Assembly: GCA_902801815.1 (NCBI GenBank)
Contig: CADCJT010000005.1
Span: forward strand, 38,099 to 102,098
Direction: 5' to 3'
DNA: 64,000 nt
Origin: an uncultured Bacteroidia bacterium
GTDB lineage: Bacteria > Bacteroidota > Bacteroidia > Bacteroidales > F082
Every line of letters starts with the position of its first letter. Within the stretch, counting starts at the first letter, position 1. Positions 41,095-51,768 of this stretch are shown piece by piece. The position numbers were made by a program, and so were the translations under genes. Below the pieces are notes generated by a model that saw only the letters and a program-made list of their open reading frames with translations, was not told where the DNA came from and ran no database searches.

Positions 41095-41962
41095 AGTCGG
41101 TGGTCTCTATGGTTTCTTTAATTGTGTCAATTTTAATCTCAGGTTGCTTCGCGTTGGCCAACGAATCCTCACGCATCAGCTCTTTCATCTCTTTCTTGAA
41201 GTCTATGGTACGGCTTGAGTGGTACCAGACGTCGACGTAAGTGCCAGGCTTCACGGCACCCGAGCTGGGTCCCGGGCTCATCCTCCTGACGCATAGGTAT
41301 TGGATGCTGTCGTTGTCTTCGTGGGTTTCAACGCCGATGTTCAGGCCTGCCAGATTCAGCAGTTTCTTGGTCTCGTCGGCCGATTTACCGATGAGGTTGG
41401 GCACTTTCACGTTGGACTTGTCGCTGCCAATGCCTACGCGGAGCATGATCTTGCTGCCTTTCACCAACTCGGTGCCTTGGGCAATGGGGGCGCCAAGGTA
41501 ATACTGGTCGATGACGTTGTTCTTGTAGTCATAAGTCACATATTCCAGATGGTCGACGTCAAGTCCGCTCGACTCCAAGCGTCCAATGGCTTCGCGCAGC
41601 GAGATGCCTTTCACGTTGGGCATGGTGGTCTTCTCGGGAGTGACGGCCACGATGATGGCATACACGTTCCTTCCTCTCTTGATCTTGGAGCCGGGCAAGG
41701 GGTCTTGCTGGTAGATGCTGCCAGGCTGCTGTCCCTTGGGATAGACACTGTCGATGAGGATGAAATTGAAGTCTCTCGAGTGCTCGTGCTTCACTTGTTT
41801 GAAGTCCTGGCCCACAAAGTCAGGCATGGTGTAGACCTTGTCGTGACGGGTGTAACTGTTTAACAGCTTGAATGTCAACCATAACAATACAATACTGAGC
41901 AGTACTATGATGAGCAGGTTGAGATAAAATTTCTTTTCCTTCAGGAAGTGGAAGCGTCCCAT
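41060..41962 (-). CDS. PASTA-domain protein (membrane-anchored)
   Basis: 300 aa. TM helix, then three PASTA-like units (MPDFVGQDF..., MPNVKGISLREAIGRLESSGL, VPNLIGKSADETKKLLNLAGL). Confidence 0.75.
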   Translation of the reverse strand: MGRFHFLKEKKFYLNLLIIVLLSIVLLWLTFKLLNSYTRHDKVYTMPDFVGQDFKQVKHEHSRDFNFILIDSVYPKGQQPGSIYQQDPLPGSKIKRGRNVYAIIVAVTPEKTTMPNVKGISLREAIGRLESSGLDVDHLEYVTYDYKNNVIDQYYLGAPIAQGTELVKGSKIMLRVGIGSDKSNVKVPNLIGKSADETKKLLNLAGLNIGVETHEDNDSIQYLCVRRMSPGPSSGAVKPGTYVDVWYHSSRTIDFKKEMKELMREDSLANAKQPEIKIDTIKETIETTDYEEEDEFEDEF

Positions 41963-42049
41963 ATTTTTACTATTTTAGCCGTGTTTTTTACAACTCATTT
42001 TTGAGCAGTTTATTGCTCGTGCTTTTAAACCGACAAAATTACAAAAAAT

Positions 42050-43021
42050 ATGAAAAACGTGGCAATTATTTGTGGCGGAGATTCAGGAGAGTTTGAAATT
42101 TCCGTCAAAAGTGCACAAGTGGTCAAGCAGAACCTGGATCCAGAAAAGTATAATTCGAAGATCATCGTGGTGTCGAAAAAAGGATGGTATGGACTTTTGA
42201 AGGACGGTACCCGAGTGGACGTTGACAAGAACGACTTTTCCATTTCGGTTGGCGGACACAGGACGAAATTCGACGTGGCCTTCAATGCAGTGCACGGCGA
42301 GCCTGGCGAGAACGGACCGCTTTCGGGTTACCTGGAACTGATGGGCATCCCTTGCACTTCGTCGCCCCTGACCACATGCGCCCTCACGTTCCACAAGGAC
42401 TTCTGCAAGCGTTTGGTGGCTTCCTACGGCGTCAAGGTGGCTCCCTCGGTGCTCATCAACGAAGGGGAGAAATATGATGCCGACGAGATCATCAAGCAGT
42501 TGGGACTGCCTTTGTTCGTCAAGCCGACCTGCAACGGCTCAAGCGTGGGCGTGTCGAAGGTGAAGACGGCCGAAGATCTTGCTCCCGCCATCTATACGGC
42601 CCGTGCTGCCGGTCGTCAGATCATGTGCGAGAAGTTTGTCGACGGACGCGAGTTCGGCTGCGGCGCCATGGAGTTTAAAGGCAAGATGATGGTCTTCCCG
42701 CTCACCGAGATTTGCAGCAAGAACGAGTTCTTCGACTACGAAGCCAAATACACCGCAGGCAAATGCGAGGAGGTGACGCCCGCCCAGGTGGACGAGGATA
42801 CCGAAATCGAAATTAAGGCCACGACAGCGATGTTGTATGAGAAGTTGGAATGCAAAGGTTTTGTCCGTATGGACTATATCGTCAGCGACGAAGGCGTGTT
42901 CTTCATCGAGGCCAACATCGTGCCTGGCATGTCGGAAGCCAGCATCATCCCCAAGCAGGCACAATGCTTCGGTGTGTCGTTGAGCCGACTGTTTGAAATG
43001 GCGATAGAGAATGTGTTATAA
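42050..43021 (+). CDS. ddl: D-alanine--D-alanine ligase
   Basis: 323 aa. GGDSGEFEISVKSA, HGEPGENG, ATP-grasp motifs, EANIVPGM. Confidence 0.93.
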   Translation: MKNVAIICGGDSGEFEISVKSAQVVKQNLDPEKYNSKIIVVSKKGWYGLLKDGTRVDVDKNDFSISVGGHRTKFDVAFNAVHGEPGENGPLSGYLELMGIPCTSSPLTTCALTFHKDFCKRLVASYGVKVAPSVLINEGEKYDADEIIKQLGLPLFVKPTCNGSSVGVSKVKTAEDLAPAIYTARAAGRQIMCEKFVDGREFGCGAMEFKGKMMVFPLTEICSKNEFFDYEAKYTAGKCEEVTPAQVDEDTEIEIKATTAMLYEKLECKGFVRMDYIVSDEGVFFIEANIVPGMSEASIIPKQAQCFGVSLSRLFEMAIENVL

Positions 43022-43024
43022 ATG

Positions 43025-43050
43025 AAAAAGGAGCCACTTGGCTCCTTTTT
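43025..43050. terminator. Bidirectional rho-independent terminator AAAAA-GGAGCC-actt-GGCTCC-TTTTT
   Basis: Read directly between convergent ddl and frr. Confidence 0.85.
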
Positions 43051-43053
43051 CAT

Positions 43054-43617
43054 TTATACTGTCAAGATGTCTTTCGACTTCAACTCAGTGAGGTCGTCGA
43101 TCTTCTTGATGTATTTGTCGGTGAGTTTCTGGATCTCCTCTTGCAGGAGTTTCGACTCGTCTTCCGAGATCACGTCTTTCTCCAATTTCTTGGCGTCGTC
43201 GTTGGCGTTGCGGCGGATGCCACGGATGCCGACTTTGGCTTCCTCGGCAGCGTTCTTGGTGCGCTTCACCAGCTCTTTACGGCGTTCCTCGGTGAGGGCG
43301 GGCACTGCGATACGCAGGATCTCGCCGTTGTTGATGGGGTTGAAGCCCAAATTGGCGTTTAGGATGGCCTTGGCGATGTTGTTGAGTGCGCTCTTGTCGA
43401 AAGGTTGCACCACAATCATGCGGGCGTCGGTGCAGCCGATGTTGGCGGTCTGCTCGATGGGCACCGTCGTGCCGTAGTATTCAACCATCACGCCGTTCAG
43501 CATGGCCGGACTGGCCTTGCCTGCCCTGATGCCCTGAAATTCATGCTCCAAGTGCTTGATGGTGTTGTCCATGCTTTCAGTGGCCTCGTCTAATACAAAT
43601 TGAGAATCTTCAGTCAT
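43054..43617 (-). CDS. frr: Ribosome recycling factor
   Basis: 187 aa. IRAGKASPAMLNGVMVEYYG...LTEERRKELVK. Confidence 0.95.
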   Translation of the reverse strand: MTEDSQFVLDEATESMDNTIKHLEHEFQGIRAGKASPAMLNGVMVEYYGTTVPIEQTANIGCTDARMIVVQPFDKSALNNIAKAILNANLGFNPINNGEILRIAVPALTEERRKELVKRTKNAAEEAKVGIRGIRRNANDDAKKLEKDVISEDESKLLQEEIQKLTDKYIKKIDDLTELKSKDILTV

Positions 43618-43728
43618 AGTCGTATGAATTTTGGTGCAAAAATAATGGATTTCTTTTTACTTAACATAAATCGTGCCTGATTTTTTACTCAAAGCATTTT
43701 CATAGATTTTAGGAGTTTCATGGTGTAT

Positions 43729-45654
43729 TTAATTAAGTGGTTCGTAGAGTCCAGTTAGAATCGGGTCTTTATGGGTAAAATAATAGCTTAATTTTGTCAC
43801 AACGAGAGGCTTCTTGCCTTGGTTCCAGAGGTAGGCCTTGATGGTCTTGCCTTCGGGCTTGAAGTCGTCACTGAAGAGGATGGCGTCGGCCACGGCATGG
43901 TTGCCAGGCAGGAAATGTCCATCTTCAGGCAACGAGCTGTGCCATAAAAGGAGGGAGTCGGTCGCCGCATCGTGAACCTCGATGACGGCAACGCATTGGT
44001 TGGCTTCGACCTCGTTGTGGAATTGGACGACGACGCCCAAAGCCTCAACATCCTTCGGCAGCGAGTCGCACGAGAATGAACAGGCTTGTCCCCATTCCTG
44101 GCCTTCAACATAGCAGCAGGAATCGGTGCTCAACTCATTGAGCAGGTATTGTGCGCCTTCCGTCGGGGTCTTGCTCAAGGTGAGGTAACGCGAGGTGAAC
44201 CAGTCTTTCTTTTCGATGAGGTAAGGATAGTTGCCCACGGCGGTGACTTCCCAGATGGGGTTGATGTAATCGGTCCAACCGAAGCCAAGCATTGGGGTTT
44301 CGTGGTGTTCGCTGAGCCAACGGTTGAAGTCACCCAACTCGGCTTCGCGTACTAAATCACCCTTTTCGTTGTAGATACGGTTGAAGACGATGCGATTCTC
44401 GACATCGGTTTTCGCCTGATAGAACTCCGCCGCCTCGCCAATCTCTGTCCTTGTGGCAAACTGTATCTTGTCGCCATATTGGTCCTTGTCTTGCTGCATC
44501 TCGGCGGCAATCTGGTCGAAGCCTTGGTGGTACATCAGGTCGAAGTGGCGGCGCTCCATGATGAGCGAGGTGGTGCCGACAAAGAGGATGGCGGCCACGA
44601 CCAGGGCGGTCTGCCATGGCGACAAGGTGCGGGTGCCAAACATGGAGAAGGCCACGATGATGACGAAGGGATAGCTGAAGATCAGCGTGCTGTGCTGGAT
44701 GATGGGTTCGCGCTTCAAGGAATAGATGAATGCCATGGCGAAGATGATGACAAACCACGCGATGCCGGCCCAACGCAAAGGTTGGCGCAGCTTGCTGCGC
44801 TTGCCGAGGATGAGCGGCAAGAGGATGACGATGCCCACGGCAAACATGAACAGCTGCGAGTAGTTCATCGTGTATTGGATGAAGTCGAGCAGGAAGGTGG
44901 ACTTGGGTGCCGCCAGCCAACCGCCGATGCTACCACTCACGAAGAGCTGCTGGTAGAAGATGGGCAGGGTGGGGGCAAACAACAAAACTGCGGCTATGCC
45001 GCTGAGCCAGTATGCCTTACGACGTTCTTTGGGCAGGAAGAACAAACCCGTCAGGAAGATGAGTCCCGCCTGTGCGATGGAGAAATATTGTATGACGGAA
45101 CAGGCCCAGGCAGATATGGCGAAACCGATGTAAATGCCAAGTTTAGGCTTCTTCTCCTCGAAGACGATCTTATGCCAAAACCAAGCCATCAGCAGTACGA
45201 AGAACAATCCTGCCGAATAGGGTCTCGCTAGCTGGCTATAGAAGATGGTAAACTGGCTGACGGCAAAGAAAGCGGCCGAAAACAGACCCACCTTGCGGTT
45301 GAACCACTGGCGTCCTATTAAATATATAAGGTATATGGAACCGATGCCCATCAGCACGAAGGGCAGCTTGACCCAAAATGCGCTCCAGCCGAAGAGTTTC
45401 ACCCAACCCCAGAGGAACAGCTGCACCCCGATGGGATGGCTGTCGGGCATGATGCCTTGTTGTATGAAGTCGTGGAAGTTGTCGAAACGGGTGCGCAGCA
45501 AGGCACTGAACTCGTCGTGCATGAAAGGCACTTGGCCCAGCTTCCAAAGCCTCAGGACAGCGGCAACGAGGATGATGATGCCGATGAGGATGTGGTCCAT
45601 CCTCTTGCTCGGCACATTATGGGTTTTGCGCAGATGGTTTTTCCTAGTCTTCAT
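43729..45654 (-). CDS. Polytopic membrane glycosyltransferase (GT39/ArnT-like) with a soluble C-terminal domain
   Basis: 641 aa. About 10 predicted TM helices. The N-terminal motif MHDEFSAL sits in the first loop, as in the GT-C fold. Assignment is by architecture only. Confidence 0.55.
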   Translation of the reverse strand: MKTRKNHLRKTHNVPSKRMDHILIGIIILVAAVLRLWKLGQVPFMHDEFSALLRTRFDNFHDFIQQGIMPDSHPIGVQLFLWGWVKLFGWSAFWVKLPFVLMGIGSIYLIYLIGRQWFNRKVGLFSAAFFAVSQFTIFYSQLARPYSAGLFFVLLMAWFWHKIVFEEKKPKLGIYIGFAISAWACSVIQYFSIAQAGLIFLTGLFFLPKERRKAYWLSGIAAVLLFAPTLPIFYQQLFVSGSIGGWLAAPKSTFLLDFIQYTMNYSQLFMFAVGIVILLPLILGKRSKLRQPLRWAGIAWFVIIFAMAFIYSLKREPIIQHSTLIFSYPFVIIVAFSMFGTRTLSPWQTALVVAAILFVGTTSLIMERRHFDLMYHQGFDQIAAEMQQDKDQYGDKIQFATRTEIGEAAEFYQAKTDVENRIVFNRIYNEKGDLVREAELGDFNRWLSEHHETPMLGFGWTDYINPIWEVTAVGNYPYLIEKKDWFTSRYLTLSKTPTEGAQYLLNELSTDSCCYVEGQEWGQACSFSCDSLPKDVEALGVVVQFHNEVEANQCVAVIEVHDAATDSLLLWHSSLPEDGHFLPGNHAVADAILFSDDFKPEGKTIKAYLWNQGKKPLVVTKLSYYFTHKDPILTGLYEPLN

Positions 45655-45671
45655 CTTTACTTGTTGCTTGA

Positions 45672-45743
45672 CGTCATTGCGAGGAGGAACGACGAAGCAA
45701 TCTAGGGTTGGCTCTCTAGACTGCTTCGTTCCTCGCAGTGACG
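45672..45743. repeat. Complete inverted pair of the CGTCATTGCGAGGAGGAACGACGAAGCAATCTAG element
   Basis: Left arm 45672-45705, right arm CTAGACTGCTTCGTTCCTCGCAGTGACG 45716-45743. Confidence 0.65.
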
Positions 45744-45762
45744 CGAGGCGTGTTCGGTGTTT

Positions 45763-46476
45763 TTATTTGGTGACCAGCGTTCCGATGTTCTCGCCGCGCA
45801 ACACCTTCATCAAGTTACCACGCGTGTTCATGTCGAACACATACATCGGCATGTCGTTCTCCTTGCACATGGTGAAGGCGGTCATGTCCATCACCTTCAG
45901 GTTGCGCTGGTAGGCCTCGTCGTAGGTGATGTGTTCGAACTTGGTGGCCGTCGGGTCTTTCTCGGGGTCGGCAGTGTAGATGCCGTCAACGCGGGTGCCT
46001 TTCAGGATGATGTCGGCCTTGATCTCCACGGCGCGAAGGGCAGAGCCTGTGTCGGTGGTGAAGAAGGGGTTGCCGGTGCCGGCGCCCATCACCACGATGT
46101 GGCCTTCTTCAAGCAGACGGATGGCCTTGGCGCTGCTCATCGTGTCGGCGATGCGGTCGATGTAGAGACCGGAGAGCAGGGTGGCTTTCTGTCCCTTGCC
46201 CTGCAGGGTCGACTGCATGGCCATCGAGTTGATGACGGTGGCGAGCATGCCCATATAGTCGCCTTGGATGCGGTCCATGCCTTTCGAGGCACCCTGCAGG
46301 CCGCGGTAGATGTTGCCGCCGCCGATGACGATGCCGATCTGCACGCCCGCCTGGGCGGCTTCGATGATTTCGTCGGCATATTCACCCAGACGCACCGGGT
46401 CGATGCCGTATTGCTGGCTGCCCATGAGGGCCTCGCCGCTGAGTTTCAGGAGTACGCGATTGTATTTCATATTCAA
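45763..46476 (-). CDS. pyrH: UMP kinase
   Basis: 237 aa. RVLLKLSGEAL, GGGNIYRG, VVMGAGTGNPFFTTD. Confidence 0.95.
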   Translation of the reverse strand: MNMKYNRVLLKLSGEALMGSQQYGIDPVRLGEYADEIIEAAQAGVQIGIVIGGGNIYRGLQGASKGMDRIQGDYMGMLATVINSMAMQSTLQGKGQKATLLSGLYIDRIADTMSSAKAIRLLEEGHIVVMGAGTGNPFFTTDTGSALRAVEIKADIILKGTRVDGIYTADPEKDPTATKFEHITYDEAYQRNLKVMDMTAFTMCKENDMPMYVFDMNTRGNLMKVLRGENIGTLVTK

Positions 46477-46504
46477 GAATTTAGCGTTTGATTTTTATAA
46501 TTTG

Positions 46505-46578
46505 GCTGTTAGCTTTTAGCCGTTAGCCATTAGCAGGGTAGCTTGAGTGCTAACAGCTAATGGCTAATAGCTAACAGC
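46505..46578. repeat. Long imperfect hairpin built from heptamer-like units (GCTGTTAGC/TTAGCCG... vs GCTAACAGCTAATGGCTAATAGCTAACAGC)
   Basis: Arms 46505-46534 and 46549-46578, about 26/30 complementary by hand. It lies between pyrH and secA. Confidence 0.6.
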
Positions 46579-46587
46579 TAATAACGA

Positions 46588-49500
46588 TTACTCCACCGCT
46601 TCCATGCGTCCGTGGCAGTTCTTGTACTTCTTGCCGCTACCGCAAGGGCAGGGGTCGTTGCGGCCCACTTTCTTCTCCACGCGGATGGGCTGGGTGACCT
46701 GCTTCTGCTGCGTGTCGCTGTGCGACTGCGCCAGCAGGTCTTGACGCTGCTCGCGGATCTTCGACTTGTCGATGCCTTGCGGACCGCGCGACTCACGCAC
46801 GGCGTTCGGGTCTTGTGTCGGGATGTCGGCACGCATCAGGAAGGAGATGACGTCCTCGTTGATGTTCTCCAACATGGCCTTGAACAGGTTAAACGACTCG
46901 AGCTTGTAGATGACCAGCGGGTCTTTCTGCTCGTAGGAGGCGTTTTGCACCGATTCCTTCAGGTCGTCGAGTTCGCGGAGGTGTTCCTTCCAAGCGTTGT
47001 CGATGAGGCCGAGGGTGATGCTCTTCTCGATGCAGAGGTTCACCTCGCGGGCACCGTTCTCGACAGCCTTCTTCAGGTTGACGATGACGTTCATGCCACG
47101 CTTACCGTCAGTAATCGGGATGGCAATGTTCTCGAAGTGGTGTTGGTTCTCATACACGTTCTTGATGACGGGCAGGGTCTTCTCACCGATGATGCGGGCC
47201 TTCTCGCGATAGTGCTCAAGGGCGGCGTCGAAGAGCTTCTCGGCCAGTTCGTTGGTCTTGCCTCTGTCGAACTCTTCCTCGCTGAAGGGCGGTTCGATAC
47301 CCATGGTGGAGAGCAACTCCATCTTGAGGCCTTCGTAGTCTTTCGAATCTTGGTATTCGTCGATGAGCTTCTCACCGAAGTCGTACATCATGTTGTTGAG
47401 GTCGATGGAGAGACGCTCTCCGAATAAGGCGTGACGACGTTTCTTGTAGATGACTTCGCGCTGGGCGTTCATCACGTCGTCGTATTCGAGCAAGTGCTTA
47501 CGCACGCCGAAGTGGTTCTCTTCGACCTTCTTCTGTGCCTTCTCAATCTGCTTGGTGATCATCGGGTGTTGGATGACTTCGCCTTCCTGCAGGCCCATGC
47601 GGTCCATGATGCCGGCGATACGCTCGGAGCCGAACATACGCATCAGGTTGTCCTCCAACGAGACGTAGAACTGTGAGCTACCCGGGTCGCCTTGACGGCC
47701 GGAACGACCGCGCAGCTGACGGTCGACACGACGCGACTCGTGACGCTCGGTGCCGATGATGGCCAGACCGCCGGCTTCCTTCACGCCAGGGCCGAGCTTA
47801 ATATCGGTACCACGACCAGCCATGTTGGTGGCGATGGTCACGGTGCCTGCCTGACCAGCTTCCTTGACGATTTGTGCTTCCTTGAAGTGCAGCTTGGCGT
47901 TCAACACGTTGTGCGGGATGCCCTTACGCGTCAGCATGCGGCTGAGCAACTCGGAGACTTCCACCGAGGTGGTACCCACCAGCACGGGACGACCCGCGTT
48001 GACCAACTCTTGGATCTCGTCGATGACGGCATTGTATTTCTCGCGCTTGGTCTTGTAGATCATGTCCTCCTGGTCGATACGGGCGATGGGACGGTTGGTC
48101 GGGATGACGACCACGTCGAGTTTGTAGATGTCCCAAAACTCGCCAGCCTCCGTCTCAGCGGTACCAGTCATACCAGCCAGCTTGTGGTACATACGGAAGT
48201 AGTTCTGCAAGGTGATGGTGGCGTAGGTCTGCGTGGCGGCTTCCACCTTCACGTTTTCCTTGGCCTCCACGGCTTGGTGCAGACCATCGCTCCAACGGCG
48301 GCCTTCCATGATACGGCCCGTCTGCTCGTCAACGATCTTGACCTTGTTGTCGATGATGACGTAGTCGACGTCTTTCTCAAACAAGGTATAGGCCTTCAGC
48401 AGCTGCTGCACGGTGTGCAGACGCTCCGACTTCTCGGCGAAGTTACGCATCAGCTCGGCCTTGCGCAGCACCTTCTCATCGTTGCTCAAGTCGGAGTGTT
48501 CCAAATCGGCGACTTCGGCACCCACGTCGGGGATGATGAAGAACGACGGGTCGTTGTAGGCTTGCGCCAATTGCTCGCTACCCTTGTCGGTGAGGGTAAC
48601 GGTATTCAGTTTCTCGTCGATGACGAAATACAGCTCGTCGTCGATGATGTGCATGTTCTCGTTACGGTTCTGCATGTAGAAGCCTTCGGTCTTCTGCATC
48701 AGGCTCTTCATGCCTTCCTCGCTGAGGAACTTGATCAAGGCGTTGTTCTTCGGCAAACCGCGGAAAGCGCGGAAGAGTTGGTCGGCGCCATGTTTCTTCT
48801 CGTCTTCGGTGGCGTTGGGGTCGGTGAGGATCTTCTTGGCCTCGGCCAAAATCGTCGTCACATAACGCTTTTGGGCTTCATACAGCTTGACGACGTCGGG
48901 CTTCAGCTGGTCGAATTCCTGCTGGTCGCCGCGCGGCGTGGGACCGCTGATGATCAAAGGCGTACGGGCATCGTCGATCAACACCGAGTCGACCTCGTCG
49001 ACGATGGCGTAGTGGTGTTTGCGCTGCACCAACTCGTCGGGGTTGCCTGTCATGTTGTCACGCAGGTAGTCGAAACCAAACTCGTTGTTGGTACCGTAGG
49101 TGATGTCGCAGTTGTAGGCGCGGCGACGTGCGGCGGAGTTGGGCTCGTGCTTGTCGATGCAGTCCACGGTGAGGCCGAGGAACTCGTACATCGCGCCCAT
49201 CCACTCGGAGTCACGTTTGGCCAGGTAGTCGTTCACGGTGACTACATGCACGCCCTTGCCTGCCAAGGCATTCAGATAGACGGGTAGGGTAGCCACGAGG
49301 GTCTTACCTTCACCAGTGGCCATCTCAGCGATCTTGCCTTGGTGCAGCACGATACCGCCGATGATCTGGCAGTCGTAGTGCACCATGTCCCAGGTGACCA
49401 TGTTGCCGCCGGCCATCCAGCTGTTCTTGTAGTAAGCCTTGTCGCCTTCGATGGTGACGTGATCGTATTTGGCAGCCAGCTCGCGGTCGAGGTCGGTGGC

Positions 49501-49890
49501 GGTCACTTCCACGGTCTCATGTTCGCAGAAGTATTTGGCAGCGGCCTTCACCACTGAGAACGCCTCGGGCAGGATCTCATTCAATGCCTCCTCGATGTGG
49601 TCAAGCTCTTGTTTTTCGAGCTTGTCGATTTGGTTGTAGAGTTTCTCCTTCTCGTCGGGGTCCATGTCGGGGTTGGCTTCGGCCTTGGCTTTCAGCTCAG
49701 CGATTTCGGCCACCTCGGCAGCGGTCTTGTTCTTGATGTATTCCTTGAATTCTTGTGTCTTATGTCTCAGGCTGTCGATGTCGAGTTTCACGATTTCCTC
49801 GTAAGCCTTGAGTGTCTTTTGCAGTATGGGCTCCAGGGCCTTGTTGTCGCGTGAGGCCTTGTCGCCAAAGAGTTTCTTTAGAAATCCCAT
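46588..49890 (-). CDS. secA: Preprotein translocase ATPase SecA
   Basis: 1100 aa. [44 protein letters not shown]-terminal Zn motif [14 protein letters not shown]. Confidence 0.97.
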   Translation of the reverse strand: MGFLKKLFGDKASRDNKALEPILQKTLKAYEEIVKLDIDSLRHKTQEFKEYIKNKTAAEVAEIAELKAKAEANPDMDPDEKEKLYNQIDKLEKQELDHIEEALNEILPEAFSVVKAAAKYFCEHETVEVTATDLDRELAAKYDHVTIEGDKAYYKNSWMAGGNMVTWDMVHYDCQIIGGIVLHQGKIAEMATGEGKTLVATLPVYLNALAGKGVHVVTVNDYLAKRDSEWMGAMYEFLGLTVDCIDKHEPNSAARRRAYNCDITYGTNNEFGFDYLRDNMTGNPDELVQRKHHYAIVDEVDSVLIDDARTPLIISGPTPRGDQQEFDQLKPDVVKLYEAQKRYVTTILAEAKKILTDPNATEDEKKHGADQLFRAFRGLPKNNALIKFLSEEGMKSLMQKTEGFYMQNRNENMHIIDDELYFVIDEKLNTVTLTDKGSEQLAQAYNDPSFFIIPDVGAEVADLEHSDLSNDEKVLRKAELMRNFAEKSERLHTVQQLLKAYTLFEKDVDYVIIDNKVKIVDEQTGRIMEGRRWSDGLHQAVEAKENVKVEAATQTYATITLQNYFRMYHKLAGMTGTAETEAGEFWDIYKLDVVVIPTNRPIARIDQEDMIYKTKREKYNAVIDEIQELVNAGRPVLVGTTSVEVSELLSRMLTRKGIPHNVLNAKLHFKEAQIVKEAGQAGTVTIATNMAGRGTDIKLGPGVKEAGGLAIIGTERHESRRVDRQLRGRSGRQGDPGSSQFYVSLEDNLMRMFGSERIAGIMDRMGLQEGEVIQHPMITKQIEKAQKKVEENHFGVRKHLLEYDDVMNAQREVIYKKRRHALFGERLSIDLNNMMYDFGEKLIDEYQDSKDYEGLKMELLSTMGIEPPFSEEEFDRGKTNELAEKLFDAALEHYREKARIIGEKTLPVIKNVYENQHHFENIAIPITDGKRGMNVIVNLKKAVENGAREVNLCIEKSITLGLIDNAWKEHLRELDDLKESVQNASYEQKDPLVIYKLESFNLFKAMLENINEDVISFLMRADIPTQDPNAVRESRGPQGIDKSKIREQRQDLLAQSHSDTQQKQVTQPIRVEKKVGRNDPCPCGSGKKYKNCHGRMEAVE

Positions 49891-50182
49891 TTATTTGTAA
49901 TTGATAGTTGAAAATTGATAATTAACTACGTTGAATCTACGATTTTACAATTAGATGTTTGCGGTTTTCGCAAAATTCGTGCAAAGGTACGGATTTTCCA
50001 TGAATTGTCGGAAAAATGTGCCAAAAAGGCAGAGGAAAGTGGTTGTTTTGTACGGATATTAGTCTGGCAATGGCTCAAATCGCCGTTCGAAAACTTCCGA
50101 TTTTATGCAATAAATACGCTGTACTGCATAAAAAAGTATGTTTTTTGTGCAATAGGATGCATAAATTGAATAAAAAGTGGTT

Positions 50183-51559
50183 TTATGGCAATTCTATCTC
50201 CGGAATCATCAAATCCCCCTCATCCCGAACAAAATCTTTCTGATAAAACATACAATAATAAACAGGCAGGTAAGTAATCCCGTTTTTTACAGAGACCTCC
50301 CGTTCATTGTTCAATACTACGGCCTTTTGGATGTGGTAGTCAGGCGTGTTCATGAAATTGTTGAGGGCACTATGCACGGTGTAGTTCTTTCCCGACTTCA
50401 CTTCGATGGGCAGCACAGTCAGGTGCTCATAGTCGTCAATCAGATAGTCCACTTCGCCCTTTTGCTTGTTGTCGTAATAATGCAGCGCAAAGCCATGGGC
50501 GTGGAGTTCCTGCGCCACCACAGTCTCATACACTGATCCAAGGTTGACGCTTTTCTCGTCTCGTAGCACGGCATTGATGTTATGACCGTATAAGATGCTT
50601 GTCAGCAGGCCGACATCATTTATGTATAGCTTGAGCAAGTTTTTGCTCTCCGATTCCAACAATGGGAATCTGGGATTGCTGACGGCTTGCACCCCGAGGG
50701 CAATGCCGGAATTGGTCAGGTACTCAAACTCGTTGGCATAATCGCTGAACTGCTTGTGGCTTTTGGTGTCTTCTACATGCTTCACAATGATCCGCTTTTT
50801 CTTGTTCTCCATGTTGGACGGGATCATGTCGTAAATCTTTCGGATAAGCAACTTTTTCTCCGTGTCGTATTGTGAGGCGTCAATTCTATAAAGATTACGG
50901 ATGTTGCGATGCACCTTTCTCACATGGGCCATATTCCTGTTTTCCAAGAATTTGTTGATGGCTTCTGGCAATCCTCCCACCAACAGGTAGGTTTTGAACT
51001 GCTGCATCATGTAGTTGTGCAATGATTCGTTCAACGCCTCACCCGCAAGGAACTTTTCTCTTATGCTCTCGATGGTTTCTTGCCCACAATCCATGGCCAC
51101 TAGAAACTCTTCGAAGTCAAGCGGGTACATCTCTTCAATCTCAACACTTCCGATAGGCACTGATGCGGTCTCCGATAAGGCTATACCCAACTGCGAGCCG
51201 CTGGCTACGTATGTGTATCGCCCCTCTTGGTTCAAAAACTTCAACATCGTCATCAAATGGGGATAGCTTTGAATCTCGTCCAAAAAGACCAGAGTGTTTT
51301 CCTTGGTGTCGAGACGGTTACCGGCAATTGCACCCAACTGAATGTAAAAATCATTGGTGCTTTTTACGTTAGCAAAAACTCCTAGGCTTTCCTTGTCTTC
51401 CTTGAGATTGATTTCAATGTAGTTCTTGAATAGTTTTTGGCCGACATATCGGATGAGATATGACTTGCCAATCTGTCGGGCACCATTCACCAAAAGTATC
51501 TTGTTTGGCTCCTTGTGGAAGAATTCTTCAATGCGCTTTTCAAACTTCCTATACAGCAT
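50183..51559 (-). CDS. AAA-family ATPase with a DUF4143-type C-terminal domain
   Basis: 458 aa. ILLVNGARQIGKSYLI Walker A, LVFLDEIQ Walker B, and the typical architecture of this widespread Bacteroidota family. Confidence 0.72.
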   Translation of the reverse strand: MLYRKFEKRIEEFFHKEPNKILLVNGARQIGKSYLIRYVGQKLFKNYIEINLKEDKESLGVFANVKSTNDFYIQLGAIAGNRLDTKENTLVFLDEIQSYPHLMTMLKFLNQEGRYTYVASGSQLGIALSETASVPIGSVEIEEMYPLDFEEFLVAMDCGQETIESIREKFLAGEALNESLHNYMMQQFKTYLLVGGLPEAINKFLENRNMAHVRKVHRNIRNLYRIDASQYDTEKKLLIRKIYDMIPSNMENKKKRIIVKHVEDTKSHKQFSDYANEFEYLTNSGIALGVQAVSNPRFPLLESESKNLLKLYINDVGLLTSILYGHNINAVLRDEKSVNLGSVYETVVAQELHAHGFALHYYDNKQKGEVDYLIDDYEHLTVLPIEVKSGKNYTVHSALNNFMNTPDYHIQKAVVLNNEREVSVKNGITYLPVYYCMFYQKDFVRDEGDLMIPEIELP

Positions 51560-51610
51560 GATTTGTTATTTTGCTGCAAAAATATATAAATCAATTCATT
51601 CCTGCAACAA

Positions 51611-51756
51611 AAAGGGACTTTTTCCGAAAAATTTTGCCTAAAAAAGGGACTTTTTCCAATATTCTATAGGTCAAAAAGGGGACTTTTTCCGAAAATTTTG
51701 GCCTAAAAATGGGAATTATTCCATGATTTTAAGGGGTAAATAAGGGACTTTTTCCG
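51611..51756. repeat. Tandem repeat: the motif AGGGACTTTTTCC occurs five times (one copy degenerate) at ~32-33-bp spacing, about 2.2 copies of a ~65-bp unit
   Basis: Copies at 51613, 51645, 51678, 51711 (GGGAATTATTCC) and 51743, read directly. Confidence 0.75.
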
Positions 51757-51768
51757 TTTTTTGGAGAT

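Noticed and set aside
47692-49287. 531-aa plus-strand ORF (and 46612-47427, 271 aa)
   Set aside because: Antisense shadows of secA with no motifs and the same V/D/G/L-rich composition.
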